Assembly (NCBI GenBank): GCA_014728035.1
Contig: WJMJ01000131.1
Coordinates: forward strand, 1-64,000
Source: Promethearchaeota archaeon
Lineage (GTDB): Archaea; Asgardarchaeota; Thorarchaeia; Thorarchaeales; Thorarchaeaceae
Direction: 5' to 3'
DNA length: 64,000 nucleotides
A model generated the notes under the pieces. The model made no database searches. It was not told the origin of the DNA and worked only from the letters and a program-made list of their open reading frames with translations. Below are positions 17,232 through 27,349 of the stretch, piece after piece. Position numbers and translations under genes: made by a program. Position 1 is the stretch's first letter, and each line of letters begins with the position of its first letter.

Positions 17232-19250
17232 CTATTTCTTCAGTCTTTCACGAACAAGGTCTTCAACCAAGGATTCTTCTGGCACATATGGAAGAGTAAT
17301 CTGACCTTTACCATCCATGACCTTATTCCATTCAACTACGGTTTCAATTGCATGTTCATTTCGAGCCCAAGATCTTCTTGCTACGCCACCCATGACATCC
17401 CAATCAATTGCAGATTTGATGATAGTATCAACTCGTTCACTGCCATCAAGAACTAGTCCGAATCCACCATTGATAGCTTTACCAGTACCAACACCACCAC
17501 CATTTGATAGAACACAGAGTGACATACCCCGGGCCGCATTGCCAGCCCAACATTGATGAGCCATATCACTAGTTATGTTGCTGCCATCGTAGATATTTGC
17601 GGTCTCACGGAAAGGCGAGTCAGTTCCACCAGTATCATGATGATCTCTGCCAAGCATGATTGGACCTACTTTTCCGTCTCGAACCAGTTTATTGAACTCC
17701 AAAGCTATCTTCACTCGACCCTGAGCATCTGCATAGAGAATACGGGCTTGCGAACCAACAACTAGGCTGTTCTCCTCTGCGTCACGAATCCAAACATAGT
17801 TGTCCCGGTCTTGACCCCGCCGTTCTGGGTCGATACACGCCATAGCTGTTTGATCAGTCATAATCAGGTCATCAGGTTTTCCACTCAGACAGACCCATCG
17901 AAATGGACCATAACCATAATCAAAACACACAGGCCCCATAATATCCTCTACATAGGATGGAAAGACAAAACCATCATTGGTGTTTTCACCATTCTTAGCT
18001 ATTCGGGTCACACCTGCATCAAATACTGCTTTCAAGAAACTGTTTCCATAGTCCCAGAAAAAGGTGCCACGCTTAGACATTATCTCAATGAGCTCGAACT
18101 GTTTTCTCAACGATTTATCAACAAGTTTGTTGAATTTGACCCTGTCAGACTCGAGAAGTTTCCTACCCTCTTCAAATGTGATTCCTTGGGGAGTGTAGCC
18201 ACCCTCATATACTGCATGACAGGAGGTCTGATCAGAGGCCAACTCGATTTTGATATCATTGTCTACTACATATTGCCATAGGTCAACAACATTTCCGTAA
18301 TACCCAATCGATACTGGTTCGCCGGTATTTCGGTATTCATCTACCCATTCGAATATCTCATCAAGATTATCAGACCATCTGGACAACCAACCCTGTTCAT
18401 GACGAGTGTCAATTCTGCTTTTGTCCACTTCTGCGATGAGGCCGATGCCTCCTGCAATCTCAATTGCCTTTGCCTGCGCTCCGCTCATACCACCCAGACC
18501 GGATGTAAGGTACACCTTTCCGCTCAAGTCTTGGTCTTCAGGAAGACCGAGATATTGCCTACCTGCATTCAAGAGTGTGATGTAGGTACCATGAACAATA
18601 CCCTGCGGTCCAATATACATCCAACCACCAGCCGTCATTTGTCCATAATTTACAGTGCCCATCTGAGTTGCCCAGTGAAAATCATTCGGAGTATCAAACA
18701 TACCCACCATAAGACCATTCGTTGATATCACTCTGGGAGCATTTTTCTTGGTTGGAAACAGCCCAAGTGGATGACCCGAACTTACAACAAGAGTCTGATC
18801 TTCGGTCATGTTCTCAAGATATTTCTTAATCAGAAGATATTGCCCCCACTGAACAACTACTTGACCTGACTCCCCGTACGTCACGAGTTCGTATGGATAC
18901 AGAGCGATATCGAAGTCGAGATTATTGTCGATCATAAGCTGTATGGCCCTGGCTTCAAGAATACCCTTGTATTCATCGACAGGCTTTGCCTTGATCGCAC
19001 CAGGAGGCCGATATCGGTACGCATAGATTCGACCACGAGTCATCAATTCCTCAAGAAATTCAGGTGCCAAAGTATCATGTAGTTTGGAAGGAAAATACCT
19101 CAAGGCATTCTTCAATGCAGTGATAGTCTCAACCTCTGTGAGGGTATATCCTCTATCGGGAGCACGACGGTACTTGGGGTCAAACTCCGGATAAGGGGGA
19201 AGCTCGTCAGAGAGCTTAATTTTCATCGCTTTTGAGATATCTAGATTCAT
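17232..19250 (-). CDS. hutU: Urocanate hydratase, long (about 670 aa) form
   Basis: YGQMTAGGWMYIGPQGIVHGT, GLGGMSGAQ, SDQTSCH, GPFRWVCLSG, GRDHHD and SPFRET. Confidence 0.97.
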   Translation of the reverse strand: MNLDISKAMKIKLSDELPPYPEFDPKYRRAPDRGYTLTEVETITALKNALRYFPSKLHDTLAPEFLEELMTRGRIYAYRYRPPGAIKAKPVDEYKGILEARAIQLMIDNNLDFDIALYPYELVTYGESGQVVVQWGQYLLIKKYLENMTEDQTLVVSSGHPLGLFPTKKNAPRVISTNGLMVGMFDTPNDFHWATQMGTVNYGQMTAGGWMYIGPQGIVHGTYITLLNAGRQYLGLPEDQDLSGKVYLTSGLGGMSGAQAKAIEIAGGIGLIAEVDKSRIDTRHEQGWLSRWSDNLDEIFEWVDEYRNTGEPVSIGYYGNVVDLWQYVVDNDIKIELASDQTSCHAVYEGGYTPQGITFEEGRKLLESDRVKFNKLVDKSLRKQFELIEIMSKRGTFFWDYGNSFLKAVFDAGVTRIAKNGENTNDGFVFPSYVEDIMGPVCFDYGYGPFRWVCLSGKPDDLIMTDQTAMACIDPERRGQDRDNYVWIRDAEENSLVVGSQARILYADAQGRVKIALEFNKLVRDGKVGPIMLGRDHHDTGGTDSPFRETANIYDGSNITSDMAHQCWAGNAARGMSLCVLSNGGGVGTGKAINGGFGLVLDGSERVDTIIKSAIDWDVMGGVARRSWARNEHAIETVVEWNKVMDGKGQITLPYVPEESLVEDLVRERLKK

Positions 19251-19294
19251 GGAACCACATCCAATAACAAAGGATTGTGGCTTTGATTTATGCA

Positions 19295-20056
19295 TTACTG
19301 AACAAGTCTTCTATAGGTCCCACGATTATCGACAAACTCGAGTAGTCCAAAATCGCGAAGTTGCTGTAATATCTGGCGGATTTTGCCTTTGATGTTCCTA
19401 TTATCAGGATATAGACGGGAAAAATGTTCAACGTAATCATATAGGTCTTGAAGTGTGAAGACTTCACTTGTGAATTGACTAATTATCTTGTAGACCTCTT
19501 TATTCCAACCAACAAGCGATTCGATAATCATGCTTCTCTCAATGAACTGTTCACTGTCCATTTGTTCAAGTTGAAAACGTAGGTCAGGAGGAATACGTTC
19601 CAATAGTCTTCTGATTGACTCGACAGTATCAGTATCCACATTTGCACCATTTGAAAACAAGTAATCGAAATCCCTACGTACTTGTCTAACAATCCGGTCA
19701 TCCGAAACAAGTAGACCATATTCTTGATTTCGAACAAGACCACCTAAAGTGAGATTTGCAGACGTTACAACAGCTCGATTATCGAATATGTAGACCTTGG
19801 CATGTAATGGATTGATAGATTTCATCTCTGCACCAATATTCAGAAGATTGTTGATAGACTCTATATCTGAAACTCCCTTTACAAACCGAAGAGGACTAAG
19901 AACAGTTACACCACGAATTTTTAGATCATATTTGGTTACGTATTCAACTCCATTTTGAGTGATGAACGGAGAAAGAAAATCAAAGGAACTCGATTCAGAT
20001 AAGAGACTATCGAATAGATCATCCCATGGACTTGTTATGGTCATTACCTGCGACAA
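19295..20056 (-). CDS. PLD-family nuclease fused to a DpnI-like winged-helix domain (putative modification-dependent restriction endonuclease)
   Basis: HKD motif LHAKVYIFDNRAVVTSANLT. The C-terminal FTLQDLY...YPDNRNIKGKIRQILQQLRDFGLLEF..RGTYR resembles the DpnI C-terminal domain. Confidence 0.8.
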   Translation of the reverse strand: MSQVMTITSPWDDLFDSLLSESSSFDFLSPFITQNGVEYVTKYDLKIRGVTVLSPLRFVKGVSDIESINNLLNIGAEMKSINPLHAKVYIFDNRAVVTSANLTLGGLVRNQEYGLLVSDDRIVRQVRRDFDYLFSNGANVDTDTVESIRRLLERIPPDLRFQLEQMDSEQFIERSMIIESLVGWNKEVYKIISQFTSEVFTLQDLYDYVEHFSRLYPDNRNIKGKIRQILQQLRDFGLLEFVDNRGTYRRLVQ

Positions 20057-20169
20057 TTAGGAACCTCCATATTCAATTTTCACATCGAGAATATAGATCT
20101 TACTGAAAATTAGAACACGTGTTCCAATACTCATTCTAGAATGAAAGTGAAAGAATGAGAGAAACCAAT

Positions 20170-21147
20170 TCAAACTTCCATAACAGAATATCCTTTTGCC
20201 AAGGCATTAAGAAAAGAACCTTTTCGAAACTCATCTGCAACTGCAGCTACTTCATCACGAACCTCAATCCACTGGAAAGCATTGTCCATGGTCCATTCCA
20301 AATTGTTATTCTGATGCAGTTCGCGATTCAGAGCCCAGGACAGGACTTCGACGGTGCGCAGATATCGCTCCATATCTTCTTCAATTAGAGAACCAACCTC
20401 ATCACTAAGTATTGCATGTGTGTTGTACATGATGTGAGTACCAATCTCATGGGAAACATTATTCGAAATCTTTTCTGCGGATGTTCTTGCATAGAAGCCA
20501 TCACGGTCTGCTAATAGAGAGGTTCCCATCGTACGAACGGAGTCGATTAGCTCGATTTGAAACGTATCATATGGGAATTTGATGTTTGTACGTTCTTCCC
20601 ACCAACCAATCCAATCAATTCGTTTTGCATATTTAGTAGATAGCAATTCAGCCTTTTTTTCAAGTTCAGGAGATATCTTCTGCCATCTTTTGCGGTAGAC
20701 AGAATCATAGGTATATGTAACCGCATCAGAAAACTGTTGGATGACTTCAGGCCATGGGGAAGGTGGTTTTCCAGAGTAGCCGAGATATGTGTGAAACTTC
20801 GATTCTGGAATGAATTTTTCAATGATAATTTGTTTATCTAGGAAAAGTCTAATGACCTCATAAGTCGGATTGACTGTGAGCATATCGTATATATCCAATA
20901 GAGATGCAAGATCATCACTGGCTAGATAAACGGGAATCTGATACAATAGAGCAAACCAAGTCGTAGAGCTAACACCTTCTATTTTTCCTAAATCCGGCAA
21001 GACCTTCAAATCTCTACGAATCCAATCTTCATATTCATCTTCATATTTTGGATTCAATATTTCATGATATCTTCCTATTTTCATGCCGGCCAGTGTATGT
21101 TGAACTAGATTAGGAAGTAGATTAACAGTGTACTCTAAGCTTTTCAT
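20170..21147 (-). CDS. Hypothetical protein with an HExxH-like motif
   Basis: 325-aa ORF containing SHEIGTH followed by a downstream E (TVEVL), weakly zincin-like. Confidence 0.6.
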   Translation of the reverse strand: MKSLEYTVNLLPNLVQHTLAGMKIGRYHEILNPKYEDEYEDWIRRDLKVLPDLGKIEGVSSTTWFALLYQIPVYLASDDLASLLDIYDMLTVNPTYEVIRLFLDKQIIIEKFIPESKFHTYLGYSGKPPSPWPEVIQQFSDAVTYTYDSVYRKRWQKISPELEKKAELLSTKYAKRIDWIGWWEERTNIKFPYDTFQIELIDSVRTMGTSLLADRDGFYARTSAEKISNNVSHEIGTHIMYNTHAILSDEVGSLIEEDMERYLRTVEVLSWALNRELHQNNNLEWTMDNAFQWIEVRDEVAAVADEFRKGSFLNALAKGYSVMEV

Positions 21148-21273
21148 GCTTGATTGGTCTCATATCAGATGGCACAAAACTAGTTAATAGTACTTGAGGT
21201 CAGTGAAAAGCGATAATGGGAATCCCTAAGTAGTAGAATGCAAAGAAAATCTGATAGATAAGGTGTAAAGGCC

Positions 21274-22173
21274 ATGGACTTGATTGATAAGGGTATTCTC
21301 CTTGATTTGATTCGGAATTGCAGAATAACATATCGAGAATTATCAATCAAACATGGAATCACAGCAAATGCAATTCGTAACAGAATACGGAATCTTGAGA
21401 AGGATGGAGTGATTTCTGCATACAAAATTAATTTCTCTTCAGGAATGGATGAGCGGGAATATGTCTATGGGGTGATAAAAAGTGACGGATCGCAAGATGA
21501 CATTACCTTTGTTGAGAATATGGGACAATGTCCTGGTGTTGTTGCAGCTGCAGCTTATACAGGTGGGGTATATTACTTCGTAGCACATTACAGAACTCCT
21601 GAAGATCTAGTTTCGATCAGAAAATATATGACCCGATTAGAAAGCGTGAAAGATTTAGAGATTCACACGATTATCACAGGAATAGGAGAAAAAATTAAGC
21701 TTTCAAAATATCAAAAACGGATAATTCGAGTACTCCTTGAAAATCCAAGGATGACAATTGCCGAGATAGCAGACCGGGCAAGACTAACTGCGAAAAGAGT
21801 GAGAAAAAACCTTAGAAAACTAGAAGAAAGTAGCGCAGTCAGATTTTCAGTAGAGATCGAGCTTGGAGCTGCTAGTGGTATCCCGTTTATATTAGAGATA
21901 GAGATAGATGATCAAGTTTTGACATATTACGAGATTGAAGAATGGTTCAGAGAAAATCATAATTTAGCATTTTGGGAAGTGTATTGCGCTGCTTTAGAGC
22001 CGAAACTTTTTGCACTCTTGGCAGTTGATACTCTCACCGAGCTAAATGATATCATACGAGATGTTAGGAAGCAGTCTTTTGCCAAGAATGTGATATCTCG
22101 CATCAGTACATACCATTCATATTTTCCAGAAATAGAAAAGAAGAAAATATTAGAGTTAACCAAGTTAGAGTAA
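21274..22173 (+). CDS. Lrp/AsnC family regulator with tandem duplicated HTH-effector units
   Basis: MDLIDKGILLDLIRNCRITYRELS..GITANAIRNRIRNLEKDGVI, and a second HTH IIRVLLENPRMTIAEIA..RLTAKRVRKNL. Confidence 0.88.
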   Translation: MDLIDKGILLDLIRNCRITYRELSIKHGITANAIRNRIRNLEKDGVISAYKINFSSGMDEREYVYGVIKSDGSQDDITFVENMGQCPGVVAAAAYTGGVYYFVAHYRTPEDLVSIRKYMTRLESVKDLEIHTIITGIGEKIKLSKYQKRIIRVLLENPRMTIAEIADRARLTAKRVRKNLRKLEESSAVRFSVEIELGAASGIPFILEIEIDDQVLTYYEIEEWFRENHNLAFWEVYCAALEPKLFALLAVDTLTELNDIIRDVRKQSFAKNVISRISTYHSYFPEIEKKKILELTKLE

Positions 22174-22229
22174 TAAATACATCAAGTACACAAATGCGAT
22201 ATTACGATTCAAGTTGCAAAAGCAATCTA

Positions 22230-22661
22230 TCAAAAAGACATGGTAGGAGGGCAGAGAAGTTTGAAAATATTCTCTGAGGGCTCGTTAATGAATTCTTTAG
22301 AGACCGTCCACAAACAGTCGGGACCTACAACATCTGCTGTGAACCCCTGCTCACACAATGCAGTCATATATTGGAGATGAATAATCATTCCGTCAAGAAG
22401 GTCCCTTGCATCCATTTGAAAATCACCACAGTCCTTTGTAGTCTTAGATGCGCAAAGCGGTAATGAAGTTTCAACTTCGATGCTAGCACAATGGGGAGCT
22501 TCTTCCGAGCGTACAACATAAATTCGAACCCATTCGGTTTCATACAATATTTGTACTGATTCTAAATCATCATTTTCAGGCATTGCCCGAAAAGGTTCAT
22601 TCAACAATTGCTTATACAGCTCTAACAGTTTGACAGACTGGGCCATAATCATCACTAACAA
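22230..22661 (-). CDS. Hypothetical protein
   Basis: 143-aa ORF directly downstream of the small wHTH gene. Confidence 0.6.
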   Translation of the reverse strand: MLVMIMAQSVKLLELYKQLLNEPFRAMPENDDLESVQILYETEWVRIYVVRSEEAPHCASIEVETSLPLCASKTTKDCGDFQMDARDLLDGMIIHLQYMTALCEQGFTADVVGPDCLWTVSKEFINEPSENIFKLLCPPTMSF

Positions 22662-22684
22662 TTGAATAATCTCAATTTGCTAAT

Positions 22685-22942
22685 TCATGTTAATACTCTG
22701 CCATATTTCATGAAGACAGCACGCATTTTTTCACGATCTACGTGATAGAGAGGTCTACGCATATCAGCCAAGTTAGGAATTTTCTTGCAGATTTTCCAGC
22801 CGACAAGCTTACGGAGAGCAAAACTTACAGTTCTTAGAGGAATATTTGCTTTCTGGCTGATATCCTTTGGGGGCATTGGACCATTTTCCTTCAAGCAATC
22901 TAATACAATAAGCGCACTTCGTGGGATTTCTGTTTGGGACAT
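22685..22942 (-). CDS. Small winged-HTH transcriptional regulator
   Basis: SALIVLDCLKENGPMPPKDIS..IPLRTVSFALRKL...PNLADMRRPLY, with a GAGGTGA SD upstream. Confidence 0.85.
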   Translation of the reverse strand: MSQTEIPRSALIVLDCLKENGPMPPKDISQKANIPLRTVSFALRKLVGWKICKKIPNLADMRRPLYHVDREKMRAVFMKYGRVLT

Positions 22943-23232
22943 TTCTTATTCACCTCAAGAATTGTTAGGAGTTTTCAGAAGACAAACCCAAAGAGTTGGT
23001 CATAATCTGAAACTACCAGACAATTCCGTCTAAGGTATATGATAGAAAGAATAGATATTATTCCACGGAAAACAGCGGTTTAGGATTTCAGATGATAAAG
23101 GACTCAATTACGCGGAAAAACGAAAAGCAAGCTTCAGAAACTGGCCTTGATGTACAGAATTGTGCATGTTGAAATGATATTCATACGTTTTCTTGTCAAT
23201 ACTCTTATTTTGCAAGAATTGCACTAGCATAA

Positions 23233-23736
23233 ATGGAAAAGATGAAGCTTGCAAATATATTGTTGAATTCAATAAGGACCGAAGTGGATCAAGCAAAAGT
23301 AGTGCTTGAAGTTGCAGAGGGTGTTGACTTTGATTTTACTCCAGGTTATGGATTAAAACCACTGAGAAGCCTTGCCAACCATCTTGTGCAAATTCCAAAA
23401 ATGGATTTTCGAATCTTTACCATGATGATGGAGAATGCGGAGCAAGCACAGGCATATGAGAGAGAACTAACAAGGAATTCAATACAAGATATGCTCCAAG
23501 TATTGGATGAAGGAATGGAAGAAGTAGAAGAACATTTCAAAGACATGTCTGATAACGAATTATTAGAAAAGAAGATTACTCCATTCTACGTACAGGACGT
23601 AAAAGAAAGTCTTACACATTATCTGCAAGAGATGGCAACTCATATTGCAATGCATAAAATGCAATTATGGATGTATTTGAAGTTGGCTGGAAAAGATGTG
23701 AATATGATGACTTATTATGGAATAAAGCATGATTAA
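23233..23736 (+). CDS. DinB/YfiT family protein
   Basis: DFTP...LRSLANHL and ATHIAMHKMQLWMYLKLAG. Confidence 0.85.
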   Translation: MEKMKLANILLNSIRTEVDQAKVVLEVAEGVDFDFTPGYGLKPLRSLANHLVQIPKMDFRIFTMMMENAEQAQAYERELTRNSIQDMLQVLDEGMEEVEEHFKDMSDNELLEKKITPFYVQDVKESLTHYLQEMATHIAMHKMQLWMYLKLAGKDVNMMTYYGIKHD

Positions 23737-24120
23737 TTGGTGTTTGACTTGGCAGGAATAATATTCTTTGAAACTCAAAAACTGGAAGAGATTGTGGAAT
23801 TTTATACATCCACTCTTGGAATGAAGATATGGTTGGAACAAAAAAGTTGTACCATTCTAAGTCACGGAAATCTCTTGCTTGGATTCTGTCTGAGAAACAA
23901 TGCAGAAATTGAAGGAATGATCACTCTATTTTACAAGACTCAAAGAATAGTAGATCAAATGTATGAAAGAGTAAAACATCTAGCTAACACAGAACCAAGG
24001 AAAAATGAGGTATATAATATCTATCAGTTTTTTGCGAAAGATCCTGAAGGGCGAGACCTAGAATTTCAAGCATTCCTCCACAAATTGACACCGTTGGATA
24101 TAGAAGACTTTCTCAAATAA
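23737..24120 (+). CDS. VOC/glyoxalase family protein
   Basis: EFYTSTLGM ... FFAKDPEGRDLEF. Confidence 0.88.
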   Translation: MVFDLAGIIFFETQKLEEIVEFYTSTLGMKIWLEQKSCTILSHGNLLLGFCLRNNAEIEGMITLFYKTQRIVDQMYERVKHLANTEPRKNEVYNIYQFFAKDPEGRDLEFQAFLHKLTPLDIEDFLK

Positions 24121-24135
24121 CAGGACACATTATCC

Positions 24136-25080
24136 CTATGGTTCACACAAGCTGTGCTTTGAAATAACGCATATTTTTCCATTTGAGCCAGCAATGAATA
24201 GACGAGTAGAATCTTGTGTCAGGTCTTTAGGAATAAATCCAAGAGTAAGAACACCTACCGCTTCGAAATTGTCTTTTTGATATATGCGCAACGTGCAATC
24301 ATCTGAAATAGTATAAATGTACTCGATATCTACAGCAATTCCATTAATATTGTCGGAATGTTCAGATTTTGTAGCTATACACATCCACTTGGTTTTGTCC
24401 CATACACGTAAAGCACTCTCAAAAAGACTAGGGCGAGGAGCTCCAGGTCCACCCCACATTATTTCTCCAGAACCAGAGTAAACGTAGTCATCATCAGCTG
24501 AGAGTGTAAAAACACTGGCTTCGTGGCCTTGCAAAGTTGCAACATGAGTGTAATCAGATTTTAGAAAGACACGCGTCATTCTGTCAAGTCCACCGGCAAA
24601 TATGTGCTTGGAATCAATCGAAATCGATAGAACAAAGTATTCCTGAACTTTCAATGTGTACATCATCGACCACGTGTTCTTTTCCCACATTTTGACAGTA
24701 CCATCAGCTGAGCCAGTATAGAGAAATGATGAATCTATGGCCATATCTAAGATAGAATTAGTGTGGCCTGAAAGTTTTGTAAATTGTTGATGGTCTGACA
24801 TATGGCATATGTATACATCAGGAGTTCGATAGCCAGATCCTAAATAGACATAATCTTCATCTGAAACTATACTGATCAAGGGAATGGAACTATCAAATTT
24901 AGTTGTTTTAAAATGAAGCAGATCATTGCAAGTCCAAGAAACAAATCGCCCATTAGAAGTCAATGCGTGAATGTATGTTGAATCTATAGTGACTTTGTTC
25001 ATCAAGAAATCCTGTTCTATGTTGGGAATAGTAAGGAAGAGAACATCATCAAGGGAAGTGATATGTCTATCTTCACTCAT
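24136..25080 (-). CDS. WD40-repeat protein
   Basis: LSGHTNSI..LYTGSADGTVKMWE, LQGHEASV..VYSGS..LRVWD and EHSDNI..ISDDCTLRIY. Confidence 0.9.
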   Translation of the reverse strand: MSEDRHITSLDDVLFLTIPNIEQDFLMNKVTIDSTYIHALTSNGRFVSWTCNDLLHFKTTKFDSSIPLISIVSDEDYVYLGSGYRTPDVYICHMSDHQQFTKLSGHTNSILDMAIDSSFLYTGSADGTVKMWEKNTWSMMYTLKVQEYFVLSISIDSKHIFAGGLDRMTRVFLKSDYTHVATLQGHEASVFTLSADDDYVYSGSGEIMWGGPGAPRPSLFESALRVWDKTKWMCIATKSEHSDNINGIAVDIEYIYTISDDCTLRIYQKDNFEAVGVLTLGFIPKDLTQDSTRLFIAGSNGKICVISKHSLCEP

Positions 25081-25121
25081 AACTCATCACGAAAGATATT
25101 GAAAACGTTTCTAATTTCGAA

Positions 25122-25745
25122 TCAGATAGCCACCAACTTGGATGTTTCTGGATCCCAACCGAGTTTCTTTGCTTTATTAAACGCTCCAGTTGCCTCTTCA
25201 TAACAACCAGTAAGCCATAAGACAAGTCGAAGCTGATTCCAAAGATCCTCGTTTTCAGGTTCTTCTTCAATGACCTTCTTAATTCCAGCAATCATCTTCT
25301 CATATTCCGCATTGTCTTTTGCAGTTTGCTTTTTGGCAGATTCTAGAACTCTCTGAATTTGTTTCTTACTACGACCAAGAGGGTACTCAAAAAATACATC
25401 GGGTTTATCGCTAAGGAAGTGGTCTATTGCACTACTGGGTGTATTACTTCCAACTCCAAGTTCACCCCTAACAAGTCGCTGTTCATAGCCACTCTGCATG
25501 AACTCGAGCAAATCTGTGAAGTTTCGGGTTATCTCGTGCTCTTCACCAAGATTCCGTTTACAGAAAAGGATTTCATGATAGATTAACTCTCGACCAATAG
25601 TGAATAGTGCTCGGGGAGTTGGTTCAATCTCTTTTATCTCCTCAATCAAGTCTGCTAAAGTGTAACATTTTGCGGCATCGCCACCAAGAGACTTGGGTAT
25701 AATCTCGCCAAGTTTTCCGGGTAGTTTTGGAAGCTTATCGAACAT
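25122..25745 (-). CDS. Hypothetical protein with a C-terminal TPR
   Basis: KKVIEEEPENEDLWNQLRLVLWLTGCYEEATGAFNKAKKLG is TPR-like. Confidence 0.7.
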   Translation of the reverse strand: MFDKLPKLPGKLGEIIPKSLGGDAAKCYTLADLIEEIKEIEPTPRALFTIGRELIYHEILFCKRNLGEEHEITRNFTDLLEFMQSGYEQRLVRGELGVGSNTPSSAIDHFLSDKPDVFFEYPLGRSKKQIQRVLESAKKQTAKDNAEYEKMIAGIKKVIEEEPENEDLWNQLRLVLWLTGCYEEATGAFNKAKKLGWDPETSKLVAI

Positions 25746-25821
25746 AGTACAATCCCCGTAGACATAGAGGGTATCAAGATTAGATAAACTCTATCCATAT
25801 ATAGTACGTATCGGCACTATG

Positions 25822-27174
25822 TTAATCTATTGTATCTATGCGTTTTACATACCTGTCAATATCGAATTTTCGTTCTAGTCCCCGCGCATTCATATATCGC
25901 ACTTTGCCAAAAATAGGTCGTTCTTTCCATGCACGATCATGCTTTCCAAAACACCAAGCAACACCTGCATATCCGTTGGGGTCTCTACCATCAAGTTCGT
26001 ATTTGTTATTTAGATATATAGCATTTTGATAAGCTATTTCTGGGGTTTCACTCCATTCAAGAATTTTCTTTCCCCAATACATACGCATGTAGCCATGCAT
26101 TTTGCCACATTTGACCATCTCTTTTTGAGCAGCATTCCAATAAGAGTCGTGAGTTTCTGCATTCTCGAATTCGGATAGAGAATAGATATACTCTCTTTTA
26201 TCAGCACTATGGATTTCAAGTGTCGATTTCGCCCAATCGGGAAGACATTGAAGAGTATCATAATGAGGATTATAATAGACAAAATTCATACTCAACTCTC
26301 TTCGTACAAGTAGCTCCTCGATGTAACTAGCAGTACCAGGGCTTTCAGCATCTAGAACACGTAGTGCCATATACAGGGGAGAAATCTGTCCAAAGTGAAG
26401 ATACGGGCTCATGTTTGAAAGATGGTTTTCAGAGGGATCGTTTCGTAAATCTTCAAATATATCAAGACCACCATCCAAAAAACTATGAAATGTATCTAGA
26501 GCAGAGTCATAACCTGACTCTAGCCAATTTACCGGCGGAATGCGTCGATCAATATCAAGAGATGACAAAATCTTGGATGGACGCTCAAATGAGTCGTGTC
26601 TGAATACATCTGGAACGGGATTTTCTATAGAAACTGGTTTTAGTGATACGAGATACTTATCCAAAGCACGACATATTTTAGGCCTAAACGTCCCTGCAGT
26701 GTATTCTTCTTTTGGTGAGGCAACTTCAAGGGGAACAACAACATCGGTTTCAACTTGAATGAGCGGGCATTTAACCCGTTCTGCAACATGCATTCGCCAC
26801 AATCTTTGATGACGTAGATAACCACGGTCTACAACAACCAAACTCGCAGATCTTGTGTGTTTCACGATACCAATCTCAGGGGATGATAATTCAATACCAA
26901 AACTAATCCCTCGTTCAAAAAGCGCATCACACGTTTTTTCCAGGCCATCAAGCATAAAAGAGTAGGAGCGAAGATTCGCCTCAGGATAGGAAGGTGAAAC
27001 CCCAACATAGACGGCTAATGGTTGCATGTATTTGTTAGCTAGTTCAATACCATACTCCAGTGCATGATTGTAGTTTGGCCTTTGTGATGCTTGCATCCAA
27101 TATAGTACAAAGTCACCATCTTGAATGGAATTTTGATTTAACCTCTTAATTCGGGAGTTTTCGATCATAGTCAA
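25822..27174 (-). CDS. phr: Class II CPD DNA photolyase
   Basis: VLYWMQASQR..NHAL, LSNMSPYLHFGQIS, MHGYMRMYWGKKILEW and YELDGRDPNGY. Confidence 0.95.
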   Translation of the reverse strand: MTMIENSRIKRLNQNSIQDGDFVLYWMQASQRPNYNHALEYGIELANKYMQPLAVYVGVSPSYPEANLRSYSFMLDGLEKTCDALFERGISFGIELSSPEIGIVKHTRSASLVVVDRGYLRHQRLWRMHVAERVKCPLIQVETDVVVPLEVASPKEEYTAGTFRPKICRALDKYLVSLKPVSIENPVPDVFRHDSFERPSKILSSLDIDRRIPPVNWLESGYDSALDTFHSFLDGGLDIFEDLRNDPSENHLSNMSPYLHFGQISPLYMALRVLDAESPGTASYIEELLVRRELSMNFVYYNPHYDTLQCLPDWAKSTLEIHSADKREYIYSLSEFENAETHDSYWNAAQKEMVKCGKMHGYMRMYWGKKILEWSETPEIAYQNAIYLNNKYELDGRDPNGYAGVAWCFGKHDRAWKERPIFGKVRYMNARGLERKFDIDRYVKRIDTID

Positions 27175-27349
27175 CAGCTATCTCTTGATTTCAGGGCAGT
27201 TCGTCTTTTCAAAGCGAACAAATAGTAAACCATGAAAATCTGTTCGATTTATCTAAACAAATACATCTTTAAAACAATATACTATCATTGATGATAATCA
27301 TTTTTCAGAGTAGCAATCTTACCACTTCTCAAAGCATTCTGTGCATTTA

